Shown in pieces: positions 51,625 to 53,348 of a stretch of 53,348 bases of DNA; position 1 is the stretch's first letter; each line of letters starts with the position of its first letter. A program made the position numbers and the translations under genes. Origin of the DNA: a virus. The stretch covers positions 1-53,348 of the IMG/VR virus record IMGVR_UViG_3300011440_000005; one strand, given 5' to 3'. The notes beneath the pieces are model-generated. The model had not been told where the DNA came from. It did no database searches and saw only the letters and a list, made by a program, of their open reading frames with translations.

Positions 51625-51821
51625 CCATGCCGATTCTGATAGTGATGTTGGGTTTGGTGAACTATGTTCTAGCCTTGCGGAACTTCTACCTGTTGGGCCG
51701 TTATGCTGACATCCCCAGGTTCTGGGTAGCCTATTTCTTCGTCCATGCCTCGTTCACCGTACCGCTCCTGGCTTTCGGGGTGGTGCGAGTGTTGCAGCAG
51801 TCGGGTGTGCTAAGTGCCTAA
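51621..51821 (+). CDS. Two-TM small membrane protein
   Basis: ATGA overlap; MPILIVMLGLVNYVLAL and FVHASFTVPLLAFGVV. Confidence 0.6.
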   Translation: MTMPILIVMLGLVNYVLALRNFYLLGRYADIPRFWVAYFFVHASFTVPLLAFGVVRVLQQSGVLSA

Positions 51822-52221
51822 GCGCCTCTTGGTCACCGGGAGTCGAGACCTGGTCACCGATATTTGGCACTGGCTGAAATGGGACAAGGCGGTAAAGGCT
51901 TTAATCGGTAAAGGCTTTGAAGTGGTTCACGGAGCAGCACGAGGTGTGGACTCGATAGCTGGGAGCTTCTACAGCCACGAGGGTCGCACAGTCCACACCC
52001 TCTCTGTTACCAGCGAAGAGTGGGAGAAACACGGTAAGGCTGCTGGTCAGATACGGAACATGAGAATGATCCGGGGCGAATGCGCCTGCCACGAGAAGTG
52101 GAACAAACCTTCGCTTGTGCTGGCTGTAAGCAAAGATTTGGATTTCTCCCCTGGAACTAGAGGCTGTGTGTTTAACGCCAACCGTGCTGGCGTCCCTGTG
52201 CTGTTGGTATCGCCTGACTGA
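51814..52221 (+). CDS. DUF2493 / SLOG-superfamily protein
   Basis: RLLVTGSRD ... VVHGAARGVDSIAG ... W.KHGKAAGQIRNMRMI ... NRAGVPVLLV matches my recollection of the DUF2493 pattern. Confidence 0.7.
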   Translation: MPKRLLVTGSRDLVTDIWHWLKWDKAVKALIGKGFEVVHGAARGVDSIAGSFYSHEGRTVHTLSVTSEEWEKHGKAAGQIRNMRMIRGECACHEKWNKPSLVLAVSKDLDFSPGTRGCVFNANRAGVPVLLVSPD

Positions 52222-52245
52222 CGACGTTCCTGGGGCGGTTAGCGA

Positions 52246-53348
52246 ATGGCTGACCCCACCAACCCCGCTTACGCCGCCTGGTCCCGCCCCCGCCGAGTAG
52301 CAGCCGCAGTCCGCAAAGTCGTCGAAGACCAGTGGACCATTGTTGATTCCGCCCGTGAGTTCGGTGTCTCCCGTCCCTGGCTCTCCAAGAAGGTGGGGGA
52401 AGAGCGCCAAGCCATCGAAGCGAAAGTCGCTCGTGCTAGGGAGATACTCAGCCAGCGAGGGCCACGCATCGAAGAGAACACCCGGGTCGGCACCTTTGCT
52501 GAGTTTGAGCGCCGCTACTTCGGCCACCTCGGATGCCCCGACTGTGACGGGCAGATGCACGAGGTGCCCGACTGGCAGATCAAAGCCGATGAGGTGGTCA
52601 CTTCCACTGCCAAGCGGAAGCTCATCAACGTTCCACCGTTCCACGGTAAGACCACCCGCTATTCCATTCGGCACACCATTTATGACATTTGCCGTGACCC
52701 GAACAGCCGGACGATCATCCTTTCCAAGGCTGCCCCTCTGGCGGAAGACATCCTCGGGGCGATCAAAGCTCACCTCATGGACGAGGCGCTCTACGACAGC
52801 CACAACCTGATTGGAGACTACGGGCCGTTCTACAAGCCTGGCTCCTGGTCCGACGACCACATCTTCGTCACCGGTCGGGTCACCTCGGAGAAAGACCCAA
52901 CGGTTCTCACCATGGGTTGGACGGGTTCCCTTTACGGTCGGCGTGCCGACAAGATCAAGTTCGATGACGTAGCGGACGAACAGAACCAGGCGAACCCCGA
53001 CCAGGTCGCCAAGATGCTGAAGTGGATTGACCGCACCGCCCTGTCCCGTATCGGGAAGACCGGCCAGGCCGTCTTCATTGGTACCCGGGTCTCCAGCGGT
53101 GACATCTACTACCACCTGGCTAAGAGGCCAGGGTATGAGGTGGTCCGCTTCCCCTGTGTCCTCGATGAGACCAACGAGGAAGTGTTGTGGCCCGACCATT
53201 TCCCCTATGAGCAGGCGCTGATCCACAGGTCTGAGATGACAATGGCCGACTTCCAGTTGGTCTACCAGAACATCGACATCCCCGGGATCGGAGCTTCCTT
53301 CACGGAGGAAATGCTGGAGTTGACGAAAGACCCGTTGCGGGTACTCGG
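52246..53348 (+). CDS. terL: Terminase large subunit, N-terminal part (HTH-like leader + ATPase); continues at base 2
   Basis: ATG 52246. WTIVDSAREFGVSRPWLSKKV is HTH-like. Walker A PPFHGKTT (c. 52645) and Walker B KIKFDDVADE. The ORF is open to the window end; the full gene is 635 aa across the junction. Confidence 0.85.
   Translation, partial: MADPTNPAYAAWSRPRRVAAAVRKVVEDQWTIVDSAREFGVSRPWLSKKVGEERQAIEAKVARAREILSQRGPRIEENTRVGTFAEFERRYFGHLGCPDCDGQMHEVPDWQIKADEVVTSTAKRKLINVPPFHGKTTRYSIRHTIYDICRDPNSRTIILSKAAPLAEDILGAIKAHLMDEALYDSHNLIGDYGPFYKPGSWSDDHIFVTGRVTSEKDPTVLTMGWTGSLYGRRADKIKFDDVADEQNQANPDQVAKMLKWIDRTALSRIGKTGQAVFIGTRVSSGDIYYHLAKRPGYEVVRFPCVLDETNEEVLWPDHFPYEQALIHRSEMTMADFQLVYQNIDIPGIGASFTEEMLELTKDPLRVL
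53226..53348. repeat. Window-terminal direct repeat, identical to 1-123
   Basis: See first feature. Confidence 0.95.

Overview
The window is a complete high-GC (about 60% by eye) dsDNA phage genome. Bases 1-123 repeat exactly at 53226-53348, so the unit length is 53,225 bp, and the large-terminase gene runs across the junction (52246 -> 928).

Rightward (+) block, 50.6 kb through the junction to 32.5 kb:
- small genes, then a DUF2493/SLOG-like protein, terminase and portal;
- an unusual ~16 kb run of five very large ORFs (1587, 1794, 623, 577, 403 aa). One carries an HExxH zincin motif and one an M23 peptidase domain. The run is interrupted by two HNH endonuclease genes and a structured non-coding island holding a tRNA-like element;
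- scaffold-like and capsid-like genes, and a fibre-like protein with 14 His-rich 20-aa repeats;
- other tail-like genes. No tape measure or tail tube is recognisable, so the module looks podovirus-like;
- membrane proteins and signal-peptide proteins.

Leftward (-) block, 48.6 -> 32.5 kb:
- many tiny, translationally coupled genes, a SprT-like protease, and a secreted protein next to an amidase endolysin;
- a divergent HTH/HTH switch;
- a Cas4/RecB-like nuclease, DnaB-like helicase, Toprim primase, WhiB and a Hjc-like nuclease;
- a metallophosphoesterase, 5'-deoxynucleotidase and dNMP kinase;
- a sigma region-4-like protein and a tyrosine integrase.

WhiB, a leaderless-type promoter and the GC content suggest an actinobacterial host. 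No DNA polymerase was recognised.

Most notable signals:
1. An about 35-fold excess of the palindrome GTTTAAAC (11 copies).
2. Two paralogous double-hairpin elements with compensatory changes, at the heads of leftward gene blocks.
3. Five copies of a modular hairpin-hairpin-SD intergenic cassette.
4. A 1.07 kb ORF-free, hairpin- and repeat-rich region (48.7-49.8 kb).
5. HNH cassettes flanked by duplicated 3' ends of the neighbouring genes.

All functional calls rest on motif reading by eye. No database search was run.
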